Assembly (NCBI GenBank): GCA_051294375.1 | Contig: CM119265.1 | Location: forward strand, 16,953,172 to 17,017,171 | Source of the DNA: Paraspadella gotoi | Taxonomy: Eukaryota; Animalia; Chaetognatha | Direction: 5' to 3' | Length of the DNA: 64,000 nt | Program-made: the position numbers and the translations under genes | The notes under the pieces: generated by a model | What the model was told of the DNA's origin: nothing | What the model saw: the letters and a program-made list of their open reading frames with translations, nothing else | Database searches by the model: none | Shown here: in pieces, positions 1 through 14,314 of the stretch | Layout of the letters: the number at the start of each line of letters is the position of its first letter | Numbering within the stretch: the stretch's first letter is position 1

Positions 1-602
1 TTTTTTTTCATAATTTTCTCCGCTTCGTTTTGAGTTTTTAATGAGATTCACCTGAAAACGTCCCAACGTCGTTAATTTCCAGCGCCATTATTATTTATTT
101 ACTTTTATTTCCTTTTCTTTTCTTCTCTCCGCGAATATTGAATAAGTGAAGACAGGATTTTTGTGTGTGTGTATGAGTGTGTGTGTGAGAGAGAGGGAGC
201 GTTGGGAAAAGAAGGAAGCGGGGTGGAATCCGCTTGGGTTGAAACACTGCAGTGCGTTTNNNNNNNNNNNNNNNNNNNNNNNNNNNNNNNNNNNNNNNNN
301 NNNNNNNNNNNNNNNNNNNNNNNNNNNNNNNNNNNNNNNNNNNNNNNNNNNNNNNNNNNNNNNNNNNNNNNNNNNNNNNNNNNNNNNNNNNNNNNNNNNN
401 NNNNNNNNNNNNNNNNNNNNNNNNNNNNNNNNNNNNNNNNNNNNNNNNNNNNNNNNNNNNNNNNNNNNNNAGAGAAAGTGATATCGACACACGCGGAGGA
501 AACGAAATGAGATAAGAAGAGAATTCGAAGTTGGTTCGACTTCAGTGAAGGACTACTGAGGTAGTCGGTTCGACGCCTAGAGAGGAAAGAAAACGAATGG
601 GT

Positions 603-682
603 GAATGAATGAATGAATGAATGAATGAATGAATGAATGAATGAATGAATGAATGAATGAATGAATGAATGAATGAATGAAT
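603..682. repeat. (GAAT)n tetranucleotide microsatellite
   Basis: About 20 consecutive GAAT units read directly. Confidence 0.95.
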
Positions 683-1900
683 GGAAGTAATTGAATGAAA
701 TAATATAAAAATAAATCAAGAAATCAATGAAGCGCAAATTGAGGCGGTGAAAAGCGATAAATTTAAAATCAAGGACGAGAGTAAATGTTTAGGAGGTAAA
801 ATATCGTCTGTGATAAGAGATGAGACCCGGTAAGATCATCTGTAGCGAATGTCTAATCATGACGGGATCATCTGTAGCGGAAGAGTCGAAGGAGTCGAGA
901 TCATCCGCGACGCGAAGTCTCAACTCGAAACGCGAGTCACTTCCTTCGCCAGATATTCGCGCCTCTAATACATTATGGACATTTTCGTCAAGCGGACGGC
1001 GGCGGCGGCGGCGGCTGCGGCGTCGGGAGCGGCGGCCTGTCTGACACAAAATCGATACCGAGCTTCATATGCTTAAGACTCTTTGATGTCCCGCCGCGAG
1101 AAGCTTACGATCTCNNNNNNNNNNNNNNNNNNNNNNNNNNNNNNNNNNNNNNNNNNNNNNNNNNNNNNNNNNNNNNNNNNNNNNNNNNNNNNNNNNNNNN
1201 NNNNNNNNNNNNNNNNNNNNNNNNNNNNNNNNNNNNNNNNNNNNNNNNNNNNNNNNNNNNNNNNNNNNNNNNNNNNNNNNNNNNNNNNNNNNNNNNNNNN
1301 NNNNNNNNNNNNNNNNNNNNNNNNNNNNNNNNNNNNNNNNNNNNNNNNNNNNNNNNNNNNNNNNNNNNNNNNNNNNNNNNNNNNNNNNNNNNNNNNNNNN
1401 NNNNNNNNNNNNNNNNNNNNNNNNNNNNNNNNNNNNNNNNNNNNNNNNNNNNNNNNNNNNNNNNNNNNNNNNNNNNNNNNNNNNNNNNNNNNNNNNNNNN
1501 NNNNNNNNNNNNNNNNNNNNNNNNNNNNNNNNNNNNNNNNNNNNNNNNNNAAAAAAAAGGCATCGATTCAATTCGCCGCCGTCGATGGCCAGAAACGCCG
1601 ATTGCGTCTTCCCAATTTCACGTCCGCTCAATATTCTCTCTNNNNNNNNNNNNNNNNNNNNNNNNNNNNNNNNNNNNNNNNNNNNNNNNNNNNNNNNNNN
1701 NNNNNNNNNNNNNNNNNNNNNNNNNNNNNNNNNNNNNNNNNNNNNNNNNNGAGAGAGAGAGAGAGAGAGAGAAGAGGAGAGAGAGAGAGAGAGAGAGAGA
1801 GCAGAGAGAGAGAGAGAGAGAGAGAGGGTATTACTGCCATTTTCTTATTACATTTGAGATTCTTAGTTGTCACTGATTAATGGCTACTATTAAGCGCAAC

Positions 1901-2353
1901 GAGGAGTAAAACAGGCTTCGCTTTTGTGATTTTTAAAATCGCGTCGCGTCCGAGGTTTCGGCGGGGAAAAGTAGGGGGGGGGTAAGGGAATGAGGGGGGG
2001 ATGGGTACAGGAGGGGGGCGGGGGAGGGAGGGGAGGGAGGAAAGAGGAAAGATGGCGGAGCGAGGGAAGGAAATCGGCCGCCGGAATAAATTTCGTTTCA
2101 ATTAAAAATTACTACGACAGTGGAAGAGTCGGCGGCGGCGCGGCGGCGGCGGCGGCCGAAAGATTCGTTGGCGCGCTGAGGCGGCGAGAGCGGCAGAAGC
2201 GGAACTTCCGCTGCTACTGCATGCTGCTGCGCGGCTGCGGAGGCCCTGTGAGTCGATGAACGAAATTTTACTTATCTCGTTACCTGCGATAATTTTGGTG
2301 CGTTTCTTGCGTTAAATCGAGTTTACCGCTTGTTATTAGTTGTGAATAAAAAA

Positions 2354-2403
<50 letters not shown>

Positions 2404-2925
2404 TCTCTCTCTCGATTATGCGACGAACGAAAAATATTCACTTAATTTCAATTTTTTTTTCTTCTATGGCGTCGCGAACGACAACAAGAATTCTTCTTAT
2501 CCATTTTACTTGTTTACTCGATGAAATATTCATGAGATAAAATACCGATAAAAATGCACCACAAAATGGAAAACATCAAAAAGTTTCAAAACGTTAAGGA
2601 ATTTTTGTATTTGAACTTTTGCAATTTGTCCAATTGGAATATTTTTTATTTATTTTTGGATAAAGAAATGTATCTTATACATGTTTAACCATTTTTTCTA
2701 ATTACAACACAGAAACAATATTCATAACTGAAAGAAGTTTTAGTACTTTTGTATATTTTTTCAATTTACTTAATCTTTGGCCAAGTTATGTATTAGTCAT
2801 CTGCAATGCTTGTTTTTTAATGCTTAACTCTTTCGCCGATGGCTTCATAAGCGAAAAGTGCGTCGGGTTTTTTAACGACGGTGTTTGTTATATCAGTTCG
2901 ATAACAGAAAAGCCAAGCAAACAAG

Positions 2926-2961
<36 letters not shown>

Positions 2962-3652
2962 TAATTAACGTTATATTCAAACTACAACAAGTTTTTATTT
3001 TTTTTTTTTTTTTTGTAACAATTGCATTTATTTTTTATTCTCTCTCGTATTTTTCGATTTGTTGACGAATTAAATCGTATCGTTAAAAATATAAATAAAT
3101 CTGTATTCAACGATCGCCTTTGTTATCACACAATAAACGAACACGAAATGATAAGTAAATATTATCATTTTAAAAGTCGCCAATCTAGTAAGGCGAGGAT
3201 GTACAAGACCTCGTTTCGACTTTGAGTCGTATACTATTTAAATCCCGTCGCGTCCGAGTTTCGGGGGGAAAGTAGGGCGGGGGTAGGGAATAGAGGGGGG
3301 GGACCTGGGTATGGAGGTGGGGCGGGGGAGGGAGGGAGGGAGGAAGAGGAAGATGGCGGAGCGAGGGAAGGAATCGGCCGCGACCGGAATAAATTTTGTT
3401 TCAATAAAAGATTACTACGACAGTGGAAAAAGTGGCGGCGGCGGCGGCGGCGGCGGCCGAAAGATTCGTTGGCGGCGGCTGAGGCGGCGAGAGCGGCAGA
3501 AGCGGAACTTCCGCTGCTACTGCATGCTGCTGCCGCGGCTGCGGAGGCCCTGTGAGTCGATTGACGAAATTTTACTTATCTCGTTACCTGCGATAATTTT
3601 GGTGCGTTTCTTGCGTTTAAATCGAGTTTACCGCTTGTTATTAGTTGTGAAT

Positions 3653-3707
<55 letters not shown>

Positions 3708-4390
3708 TATGCGACGACGAAAAATATTCACTTAATTTCATTTTTTTTCTTCTATGGCGTCGAACGAAACAAGAATTTTCTCTTATCCATTTTACTTGTT
3801 TACTCGATGAAATATTCATGAGATAAAATACCGATAAAAATGCACCACAAAAATGGAAAACATCAAAAGTTCAAAACGTTAGGAATTTTTGTATTTGAAC
3901 TTTTGCAATTTGTACAAATTGGAATATTTTTTATTTATTTTTGGATAAAGAAATGTATCTTACATGTTAAACATTTTTTCTATTACAACACAGAAACAAT
4001 ATTCATAACTGAAAGAAGTTTTAGTACTTTTGTATATTTTTTCAATTTACTTAATCTTTGGCCAAGTTATGTATTAGTCATTGCAATGCTTGTTTTTTAT
4101 GCTTAACTCTTTCGCCGATGGCTTCATAAGCGAAAAGTGCGTCGGGTTTTTNNNNNNNNNNGATAATTACGTTAATATTCAAACTACAACAAGTTTTTAT
4201 TTTATTTTTATTTTTTTTTGTAACAATTGCATTTATTTTTTATCTCTCTCGTATTTTTCGATTTGTTGACGAATTAAATCGTATCGTTAAAAATATAAAT
4301 AAATCTGTATTCAACGATCGCCTTTGTTATCACAAATAAACGACACGAAATGATAAGTAAATATTATAATTTTTAAAAGTCGCCAATCTA
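1901..4390. repeat. Tandem duplicate of a ~1.2-kb non-coding block (~1940-3190 and ~3240-4390), probably assembly redundancy
   Basis: The same sequence (gcgtccgag...gcggcagaagcggaacttccgctgctac...aaaagtcgccaatctagt) occurs twice, differing mainly by single-base indels. Boundaries approximate. Confidence 0.8.
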
Positions 4391-4711
4391 GTTAAGATGA
4401 TTTTAGTTATATAATCTTAGTTTAGTTTCTCTCTTAGTTGTCGTTAAATTTCGTCGCTAATTCACAACACCTGCTTCCACCATTTTTTTTTCTATTGTTT
4501 TTTTTTTTTATCCTCCAGAAAGAAATAAAAAAAGAGAAATATTGAAAGGAAAAAAATTGAGAAATCGGGAATATGCAAAGATTCATTAACACGAGGAAGC
4601 GTCGCCGACCGATCGCCTTGATCGCAGATAAGTATTGATTAATTCTCCCCTCCCAGTTTTTTCTTTTTCAAAACTTCTAATATCTTCCGACGTTCGCTCT
4701 CTTTCTTTCTT

Positions 4712-4746
<35 letters not shown>

Positions 4747-5144
4747 NNNNNNNNNNNNNNNNNNNNNNNNNNNNNNNNNNNNNNNNNNNNNNNNNNNNNN
4801 NNNNNNNNNNNNNNNNNNNNNNNNNNNNNNNNNNNNNNNNNNNNNNNNNNNNNNNNNNNNNNNNNNNNNNNNNNNNNNNNNNNNNNNNNNNNNNNNNNNN
4901 NNNNNNNNNNNNNNNNNNNNNNNNNNNNNNNNNNNNNNNNNNNNNNNNNNNNNNNNNNNNNNNNNNNNNNNNNNNAAAAAAACCTTTTCTCGGAATTAAT
5001 GAGGAAAAACTCAAATTGCGAAGAGACAAAAAATCATTACTTCCTCCCACAAGTTTTTCTTCGTTGGCGAAGCACGCTGAAGTGTAATTCATTCATTTCT
5101 TTTCAGCTCAAAGTGGAAGTGGAAGGAGAGAAAGGGGGGAAGGA

Positions 5145-5190
<46 letters not shown>

Positions 5191-5770
5191 CTGAACAAAG
5201 GAGAGGGAGAGAGAGAGATCGTGAACAAAGGTATTAATGATAAGCCAAGTGCTATTGTTTTCTTTCACGCGATATAAACGTATTTTCTGTTTTTTGCTTT
5301 AAGTTTCTGGGTTCGAAACTATCAAGTATAATTTAATGATCATTATTTAAGCGAGTTGTTGTTGATAAGTTGGTTAACTACTTGTTTTTTTTCAAGTCAA
5401 ATTATATAACATTACCAAAAGTTTAATAAAATAGGTAAATGTTTCATTGGCTAATGATGATCAATCGATCAGTTTTGAATTATATTAGGTTCAAATAAAA
5501 AAAAAGAATATAAGCGTTTTCATTCGAATGACGCAGTACAAAAATTAAAGGCAGAACATAGAGACAGCCAGACAGACAGACATCATAGGCCCTCACAGAA
5601 AAGAAATGTGAAGATTCTTCAGATTGTTATTGTTATTATTCTTATCAGTTTTTTTGGGGGCGGGCGACGGCGCTAAGGTTGTCAAAAGCCGCTTCTCAAA
5701 TCACAAAAATGAAAGCTAATTTCGATAATCTCTCTCTCTCTCTCTNNNNNNNNNNNNNNNNNNNNNNNNN

Positions 5771-5812
<42 letters not shown>

Positions 5813-6360
5813 GTCTTCTCTCTCTCTCTCTCTCTCTGCTCTCTCCCTCTCTTCTCTTCGACTTTTTTCTAAAAAAAAATTTCACGTCTGTTACTTTTTT
5901 TATCGTTGTTGCGGGGGATTTTTCGTCAAAAGTTCGATCGATTATAACAAAGAATATAAGAAAAACTCTAAGCATCAACGGAAAATAAATAAAAAAAAGG
6001 AGAACAAAAAAGAAATAAAGAGAAGAAAAATCTGCCCTTGCTTTAAGAGCTCTTCCTCTTTTTTATATCCTCTACTTTTAAAACTGAGCGAAAGAAAAAT
6101 AAACCGCTTTTCTGTTTTAAAATCGTGGCAAACGACACGACAACTCTCGTTATATTCTTTTTAACTCGTATTTACACAAAACACGAGAAAAAGCGAAAGA
6201 GGAAAATCGTTTTCGTCGTCGTCCGTCGTCGTCGTCGTCTTGGAATAAGGTGAATCCCGAACGAACAAGATTGGCAAATTACTTTTTTTATCATTGGCAA
6301 GCCATATAAATGAATTGTAGTCGGGGAGGGAGGAGAGGATGGAGAGATGAGAGAGATGAT

Positions 6361-6394
<34 letters not shown>

Positions 6395-6841
6395 TAGACG
6401 ATGAGAGAGAGAGAGATGAGAGGCGAAGAGGAGAAGAGAGAAGAGAGAGAGAGAGGAATGTTTAAATTTTGGGTATGATGACGGAGGATGACGAAGATGA
6501 CGATTAACGACTCAATGTGTAAGATCTTTCCCCCCCCCTTCCATTTCTGACCTTCCCGGGCACCCACGGTTTACCAACCGGTTACGCTCTGTCTCTCTCT
6601 CGCTCTCTTTCTCCCGCTTTCTATCTCTTGTCTCGCTTCCATCTCCTCTCTCAATCTCTCACACGGAGTAGTGGCCGGCCCCTTTCCTTTCGCTCCCCGA
6701 CGAGGTCTTATCTTCCTCCTTCTCGTCCATAATTTGTTATCATTCATTTCTGTGCCGCCGTCGATCTGAACGTCTTAGGCCTTTCAGCTCTTAGTTAATC
6801 TTCCTCCATTTTTAATTTTCTTTTCCTTTCATTATCACGCT

Positions 6842-6908
<67 letters not shown>

Positions 6909-7814
6909 GTACGTCGTTCTCGGCCATTTGAAGGATTTTTAGTTTGTATTAGCCCAATAAATCAGGAGGGCGAAACTTTAGCGCTGAGCGAGGAAGAGGA
7001 AGGAAGAGCGGTTTTTATTAATTACTCTCCTCTCTTCTTCTCTCTCCTCTCTCTCTCTCTCTCTCTTCTCTCTCTCCTCTTCCCCAACGGTTATAAGTAA
7101 GGCGGAAAGTGCGGAGGGGCTGGAGAGTGATAGAGAAAAGAGGAAAAAGGCATACCTTTAAATAAAAAAAAATTTCACAAACTAAAATCAAATCCCCTCC
7201 ACTTTTCATATTACTTTATTCTCCCTCTTTTCGCGCTGTCGCGTTTTGTGGAAGGCGAGATTTCGTCGAGCGATAAAATTTACAGTTTTTTACGTTCTTC
7301 CCCACCTGTTCCGTTGTATTCGGAAAAGTTCTTTTCCCCATTTATTCTCCCTGTGTTAAAAGTATCGGGAAAACTTGTTTTTATTTACGGCGCGCTAATA
7401 AGGAAAGCAAGGCTCTTGACTTCTATTATAATTTTCTAATACTGTGTATGAGATATCTAATCTATATATTAAGTAATAACATAATAAGTAACGATTTTAA
7501 ATTGTGGCTGTTTACCTAGATCGATATAAATCTCATATTACTTTTGTTTTCTTTTCCTTCTTGAATTCTTTTCCGAAATTTCACGAACCAGGTCATTTGT
7601 GAAGTATTTTCGTATCTTTAAAATATTTTCTCGTTAAAGTTTAATAAAATTAACAAAATATCAGAACTCGCTTATTTCAACTACGCTCATACCGACCACA
7701 TCGATCATCGCAAACGCTTGTGTCGGCGTTCTTTCCTGTCGACACGATAGGCTCTCGCCCGACACGCTCTGCCGACGCAGCTCTACAATGAGAAGAATCT
7801 TTCTCTCTCGTCGT

Positions 7815-7893
<79 letters not shown>

Positions 7894-8800
7894 ATATTCC
7901 CCCGACAACGGGTTTCATCCTCTCCCGAATCCCGGGGCCTTCTGTCTTCCGTTTTTAGACATAACCCCCCCCCCCCCAACCTCAACCCCATTTTCCTTTT
8001 CACCCATTCGTAGGTCTCTCTCTTTCCATTGGCAGCTGTGTCCGTGCGTCGTCCCCGCTGGAATCGCCAGGTCGAATCACGTGACCGGCCTTTCTTTGAT
8101 TTCGTTTTAAGTCGCCCTTTTCCTTCCTCCGCTATCCCCCCCCTAGTGGCCACAGATCGGTATCGCTTGCTCCCTCTTACTCGAGGTCACCTATCGAGCC
8201 CTTCTCCGCCCTCCTCCGCCTTTCCATCTTGGGCTCGAAAAAAAATAAAAATAACTTGACAAAAAAAAAGAAAGAGAAAAGGTTTTAGAATAGAGAAAAA
8301 AGAAACGTCTCCCTTTCCCCTGACTAAAGACGAGAAATTAAAAAAAGCCCACAAGATCACCACCGCCCCACCCATCAATTTCTTGAATCTCGTTGCCGGG
8401 ATCATTCAAGCGCGTATTGTAAAAAAAGGCCTCCTTTTGCCCCTTTGGCTTTCCAACCGCTGGTCCATCATCATCCCTCATCCCTCCTCCTCGCCCTCAC
8501 CCTTTTCGCCCTCTCCTCCTCCTCCTTCCGCCCTGTTTCCTTTCTTCGTCGACGACGTCGATACACTCCTTCTGACTCTTCCTCTTCCTCCTCCTCTTCC
8601 TCCCCGAGACGAACGTATCTCCGTCCGCTCGTCTCTGTTCCCGCGCCAATCCTTCCACGAGGCACCAAAGTTTTTGTCCACAGTGACCCGACGACGACGA
8701 AGAGACGACTTACGGGTCGAGCGACGAGTTCAAAAAACACAGACCAATGCCTCTCTCTTCTCTCTTCTCTCTCTCTCTCTTCTTCTCTCTCCTCTCTCTA

Positions 8801-8856
<56 letters not shown>

Positions 8857-11800
8857 AAGAAAAAAAAAAGTCTCTCGCTCGCTAGTTCTCTCCTTCTCTC
8901 GATCTACCCCGTGTGCTTCGTCGCATATTCTCTAGCCCTAAACGTCGTCGCTCGGCCGGTTTTTAATCCTTGGTTTCGTCATCGTCGTCGTCGTCGTCGG
9001 GTCGTTCATCTTCATCGACTTGTGAATCAAAAATTAATTTTTCCCTTTTCGTTCTCTTCTTCGTTCTCGATCCCTTATCCGCTCGGGCTGGCCCCTTCGG
9101 AAATTAACCGGAACGAAAGAATAAAAAATTTAATTACTATAATTTTATTCTTTTTTTCTTCTTTCTTGCACTACACGAATTTATTTTTTGTGGGAAGGGA
9201 GCGCTTTAAACTAGAGTCATCGCCTATCTGGAGTCGGCGATTTCCTACGTTTGCTTCATTTTTAAGGAGATCCTTTTTTTTGTTGTTTATTTCTTTTCCT
9301 TTTTTTTTTTAATTTTGAGTCGCTTTAGAGAATCTCATTAAAAAAATTTCGGGAAAAAAATCTTCGTTCGTCGCTGCCGAAAAAAATAAAAGCGGAAAGG
9401 AAAAATTGTTCCAAGAAAAAATAATTGAAAAAAAAAACCAGGTTCGTTAAAAAGGCGGAAAGATTCTTACGTAATAAGCGTGCCATTTTCCGGTTTTATT
9501 CCCCCCCCCAAAAAGAAACGAGTTAAAGCGTCGTTCTATTAATTGACGAAAAGGTGACAAAGCTATTACGGGACGAAAAAGTCAAACAAACAAAAAAGAC
9601 AAAAAGGTTTATACGGACGACAATGGGGACGACGACAAAGAAGACAGATCTCCGAAACAGTTTCTCCTCTCCTCACTCTTATTTTCTTCACAGGACGAGG
9701 ATTTAATTGGCCTTCGAAGATCGAAAAAAAAAAAAAAAAAAACAAACAGCGATATCGAACTAATATCTGCCAACGTTATGATTTTTAAACGTGTGGTCCT
9801 TTATTTTTCGTCTCCAGGTCAAAGTTTAAAGAACTAAAAAATTCGCGCCGGAAAAATACACATATAAAAAAACAAAGAACATCTTTTTGCGTCCTAACGA
9901 TTCCCGGTTTCCTCGGGATTTTCTTCACTTTCGTCCGTCGTGAAACGTCACGTCGTCTTAGCGAATACGCTGTCACGCGCGCCCCCTTTCGCGCTTCGCG
10001 ATGCCACTTTTGTACAGACCGCTGACGTCACTCGATTATGGGGTGGGGGGCGCCCACGACCAGGGAAGAAGAGAAGCGCTTTTTTTTCCCGTCGAGAATG
10101 ACGGACGGAGGAACGGCGGGGCGCATCCATGTCGTTCGTTCGTTGGGTCGTCGTCGGCGCAGCGATAGTCCGTCGTCTCTCGCTCCGGTACTATCTCGCC
10201 GTGTCGTCCGTTCGACGCGCCTCATTTTTTTTTTTTTTAACTTTATTACGATTTGTATTTGGACTTCGTTCGCTTTGGTCGTTCCTTTCTTCTTTGGTTC
10301 CTCTTCTCGCGGGTAATCGGCTTCGGTCCGGCGTCTTGGCGTAGAATAAGCGACGCCTCTTCTCTTCATTCCACCTCATTGTCTCCTCTTCTTTTTTACT
10401 ACTTCGCCGAAGGAATCGCTTTGGACGATCTTTTGTGACTCGAGTCAGCGACTCTGAAATCTAGTATCTAATCTCTTTGAACTTCAGCGGACCTCAGTGG
10501 GGATCTGACTCAATCGATCTCTTCTTTGACTCGTTGTGACTATGCACTCGGCCTTTTATCCTCTTGAACTTTTTCTGTTGATTATCCTAGTGTTATTTCC
10601 ATTTATTACTCAACCTCTACTTCAACCCTTCTCACATTTTCGGGCCGATCGATTTGAGGTTCACACCCAAGTCTTTTCACTCGAATCTGCTTCATGTTCT
10701 CTCCGAAGCCTCACAACTATGAAGCCATTTTCCGTGTTTGTAATTATTAATTTTACTCCACATTGTCTACATAATAAACGTCATTTAAGTTTAACTCATA
10801 TGTTTCATCCCCTCCACTTTTAACTTTTTTTCCTTCCTCCCATTTCGCATCCCTCCACTTAAACTTCTTTTCTTTCCTCCGTTCATCCTCCACTTTTAAA
10901 CTTTCTTTCCCTTTTCTCCGTTCTCCCTCGGTTTTTCCACCGCGATTTTTAATGAAAACGTTCGCCATTCGCTCCACTTCGTCTCTGCCGTCCGCCGCCT
11001 GCAGCAAATCAAACATTCGCAAAGATTCTCTCACTATTTTTTTTTTCTTTCTTTCTTTCTTCTTTCTTTCTTTCTTCTTTTCTTTCTTTCTCTCTTTCTT
11101 TTCTTTCTTCTTTCTTTCTTTCTTCTTTAGTTTTTACCGTGTCCGTTCGCCGAGTGACACCCAAAAAAATGCGTACCATTTCTCACTGGATAAATGTTTT
11201 TTAAAATTTTATTTCCTCATTCTGTAGCAAAGTACTAGACGTTTATTATATTTTTAATTTCATAAGATTAATTTGATATCTTACTTATGTAAAACAACCC
11301 TTTCTTTAATGGTCATCAAATTCCATCTTCAGTAAAAAACTGAATCTTTTTAAAAAAATCATTTATTTAAATTGAATTACTTAAAAATTATAAAATTCAT
11401 TATACTATTAAATTAAGAAATTACTTGGGAATAATATAAAAAATTATTCAAGAAAGTCGTGAAGAACATGCTCAGGAACAGCATTTTTCTAATTGGACGA
11501 AATAAAGAAAATTAAGATTTTAACGAATTAAAAAAATAATAAAAAAATCATTACTCAGAAGTTACCACAAACATTACCGATAATTCAGATGACAGCCAAA
11601 TTTGATTAAAACCAATTAATAGGGATTTTCTTATGTTGTAAAATTTTTTTAAAACTCAATCCAAGAACACGCTAAAAATGGTCTTTTTTTCACAATTTTA
11701 TTGTGTTTAAATAAAAAATTAAACATAGAATAGTAAATAAATGAAAACTTATACATAAAAAAAGTCAGTAGTTTCAAACTTAATGATACTACTTAATAAA

Positions 11801-14277
11801 TAATATTTATTAAATATTAAAGTATTATAAAGATTTTTTTTTGTGTCACTCGCGAACGCGACACGGTTAGTTTGTTGCTCTTCTCATGACCAAAATTAAT
11901 CTACTTTTTCTCCGAATCTCCCTTTTCTCTCTCTTCTTCTTCTCATACTCTCTCACTCCCCCCTTTTTCGTTCGATCCTCTTCCTCCTTTTTTTTTTGTT
12001 TTCAATTTCATTAAAACGAAATGCATTTTTGGACTTTTCTACTTAGAAAAAAAATATCTCTCGAAACGATAGGGAAAAAAAAAAAGATTTCTTAAATTTT
12101 TGATAGTAACCCATTTTTCTTTTATTCTCTCTTCTTCTCTCAGCTTCGTTAAGTCGCCGTTCGAAATTTTTTGTTTCTTCAAATTTTCATTTGATGAAAG
12201 TAATCCCATTTGGTTGTATCTGCAGATCCCATTACCGGCCAAACGCCTATGACAGCTTTCTATGATTCCTTCATCTTTCCATTGTCCTCGTGTCTTCACC
12301 CTCTTTCGTCGGAGAAAAAGAAGACTAAGTCTAGCAGTGAAAAGAAAGGAAGAAGAAGAAGAAAAAAAAAAAGGATAAAGAGAAAACTCTGTTTCTTTCT
12401 CCTTAATTTCCCCTTCACGATCCATCGCGGCCGAAGAAAAAGACGGAAACGGCGTCCCTCGTCTCGCTCTCCATCTTCCACTCGCTCTCTAGCTTCGCCA
12501 CGTCACGAAGCGAAAGACTTTCACCCTTAAACGAATTCCCGCTTCTTTCCGACAAATACAACGACAACAAAAAACTTTATATATTTAGCCGCCACGCCCG
12601 GTTTTTCATTCGACCAAATGGCCCTGATGTAGCAGCCGCTCGACTTCTCCGCCGGATCGAATAAGGCAAGTGAGGCGCCAGGTTTATCGCGACCTCGAGC
12701 GACGCGCATGATGGCCCGGGGACTCGGCGAGGACCCAGCGCGCTGGCAGCGACGTCATCTCCCCTAGTCTTCACCCACCGCCCCTGGGATGTCGGGCATG
12801 GTCAGTCCCGAAACTCGGGCCGAGAGATGTCGCCGCGAGGAGAGCATCCGCGAGTCGAGTCTTCACTACAGGTGACGTTATTGTGGTTTGAATTTTGTTT
12901 ATCAGTAGTATTTAAAAGTACCTATTTTCCCAATATCTTTTAAAGTATAATTTTTTGAAAAATAAGATCGTTCAGCAATATTTTATTTACTGTTAAATTA
13001 TGGCTTCAAACGAACCAAAAAATTTCGAAACGATTTAAAAAAAAATTATTAACTATTATAATATTGAACTTTTTTTCGACTGGCCTTTTATCTTTCAAGC
13101 GAACGTGAACATTTTCATTCGCGCGCTAAAGGATCAAAAATCAAATTAAAGCGATAATCGGGTCTCATAACTAGATATCGAAATTTTTATCGCGGACTAA
13201 TTTGTTTACTCTTTAAAAATGAAAAAAAAGAAAGCGACGGGGAAAGCTAACGGCGAGCCGGGGCAGGAAGGCTTCAAAGTTTTCGCGTTTCGGTTCGAAA
13301 GAGGAAAAAGAAAAAAAAAAGGAAAAAACAGAGAGGCAGAGTCGAATGAAGACTTTTCTTTGACATGAGTCATCGCAATCGTTCAGTGCAATCACAATCA
13401 GAATCGAGGGGAATTGATTGACGCTAACGAAACATTTGCGCTCCGAGTTTTCCGCGGCTCATCTCGTTAACTAACGTCTGTTCGTGCTATTTGGCCAATG
13501 AGCCTTCTTCGTTAACGTCCGATCGGGAGATAGACAACACTCTTTTGGAGTTGAGATGATTCAAAATCGAATAATGACCGTCTCGTCGTCCGTCGTCGTT
13601 TGTAACCTGCGACTCCCCCCGCGTTTAAAGTTCAAACGTAAGCAACAGGCTGACTCCGTGTCGTCGATATAACAAACCCGCTTTTTCTAGCCCGCGGGGC
13701 CAGATCGCGCAGAACCTGAAAAACGGAAGAAAAAAAAAAGCGAAATAAAAGCGGCGGTGAATCCACCATCTTTTGGTCACGCAACCTTTCCATTTATTTA
13801 ATGACTATGGAGTCGCGCGAGGACCTGGTACGTTTATCGATTCTCGAAAATTTCGATTCGACTGGAGAGAGCGTCTTCTCGATCTTTTTCTTCCGATTTA
13901 AATTCTCTCTTCTTTTTTTCTCGTATTCGTGAAAGCATAAAACACGAGCGGCTTATCCCGACGCGCGGGAAGAAACCGTCTCTGTAGCGTCGAGACGAAT
14001 ATCATAAATCGAACGAGAAAGTGAGAGCGAAAACACTATTCTTACGCAGGAATGGGGGGGGTGCAGGAGGTTCGGTTTACGAGAACAGCGCAAAGGGGCG
14101 CCCGTCTCCCCTTGGAGAAAGAGAGGAGACCGGCAAATTATCGATTTCTCTCTCTCGTTGCTCTCTCTTAAAGTATTTCCAGTTAATAGTCTTCCATTGG
14201 TAAGTGTCATTGGAAAGAGTTTCCAATTTTTCTCTTCCTTCGTTAATTTTCCCCTCCCGATCCCAACCCTCGCTCTT

Positions 14278-14314
<37 letters not shown>

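Noticed and set aside
789-1114. GC-rich stretch with ORFs on both strands
   Set aside because: No recognisable domain, stops in the plausible frames, and the adjacent gap prevents a gene model.
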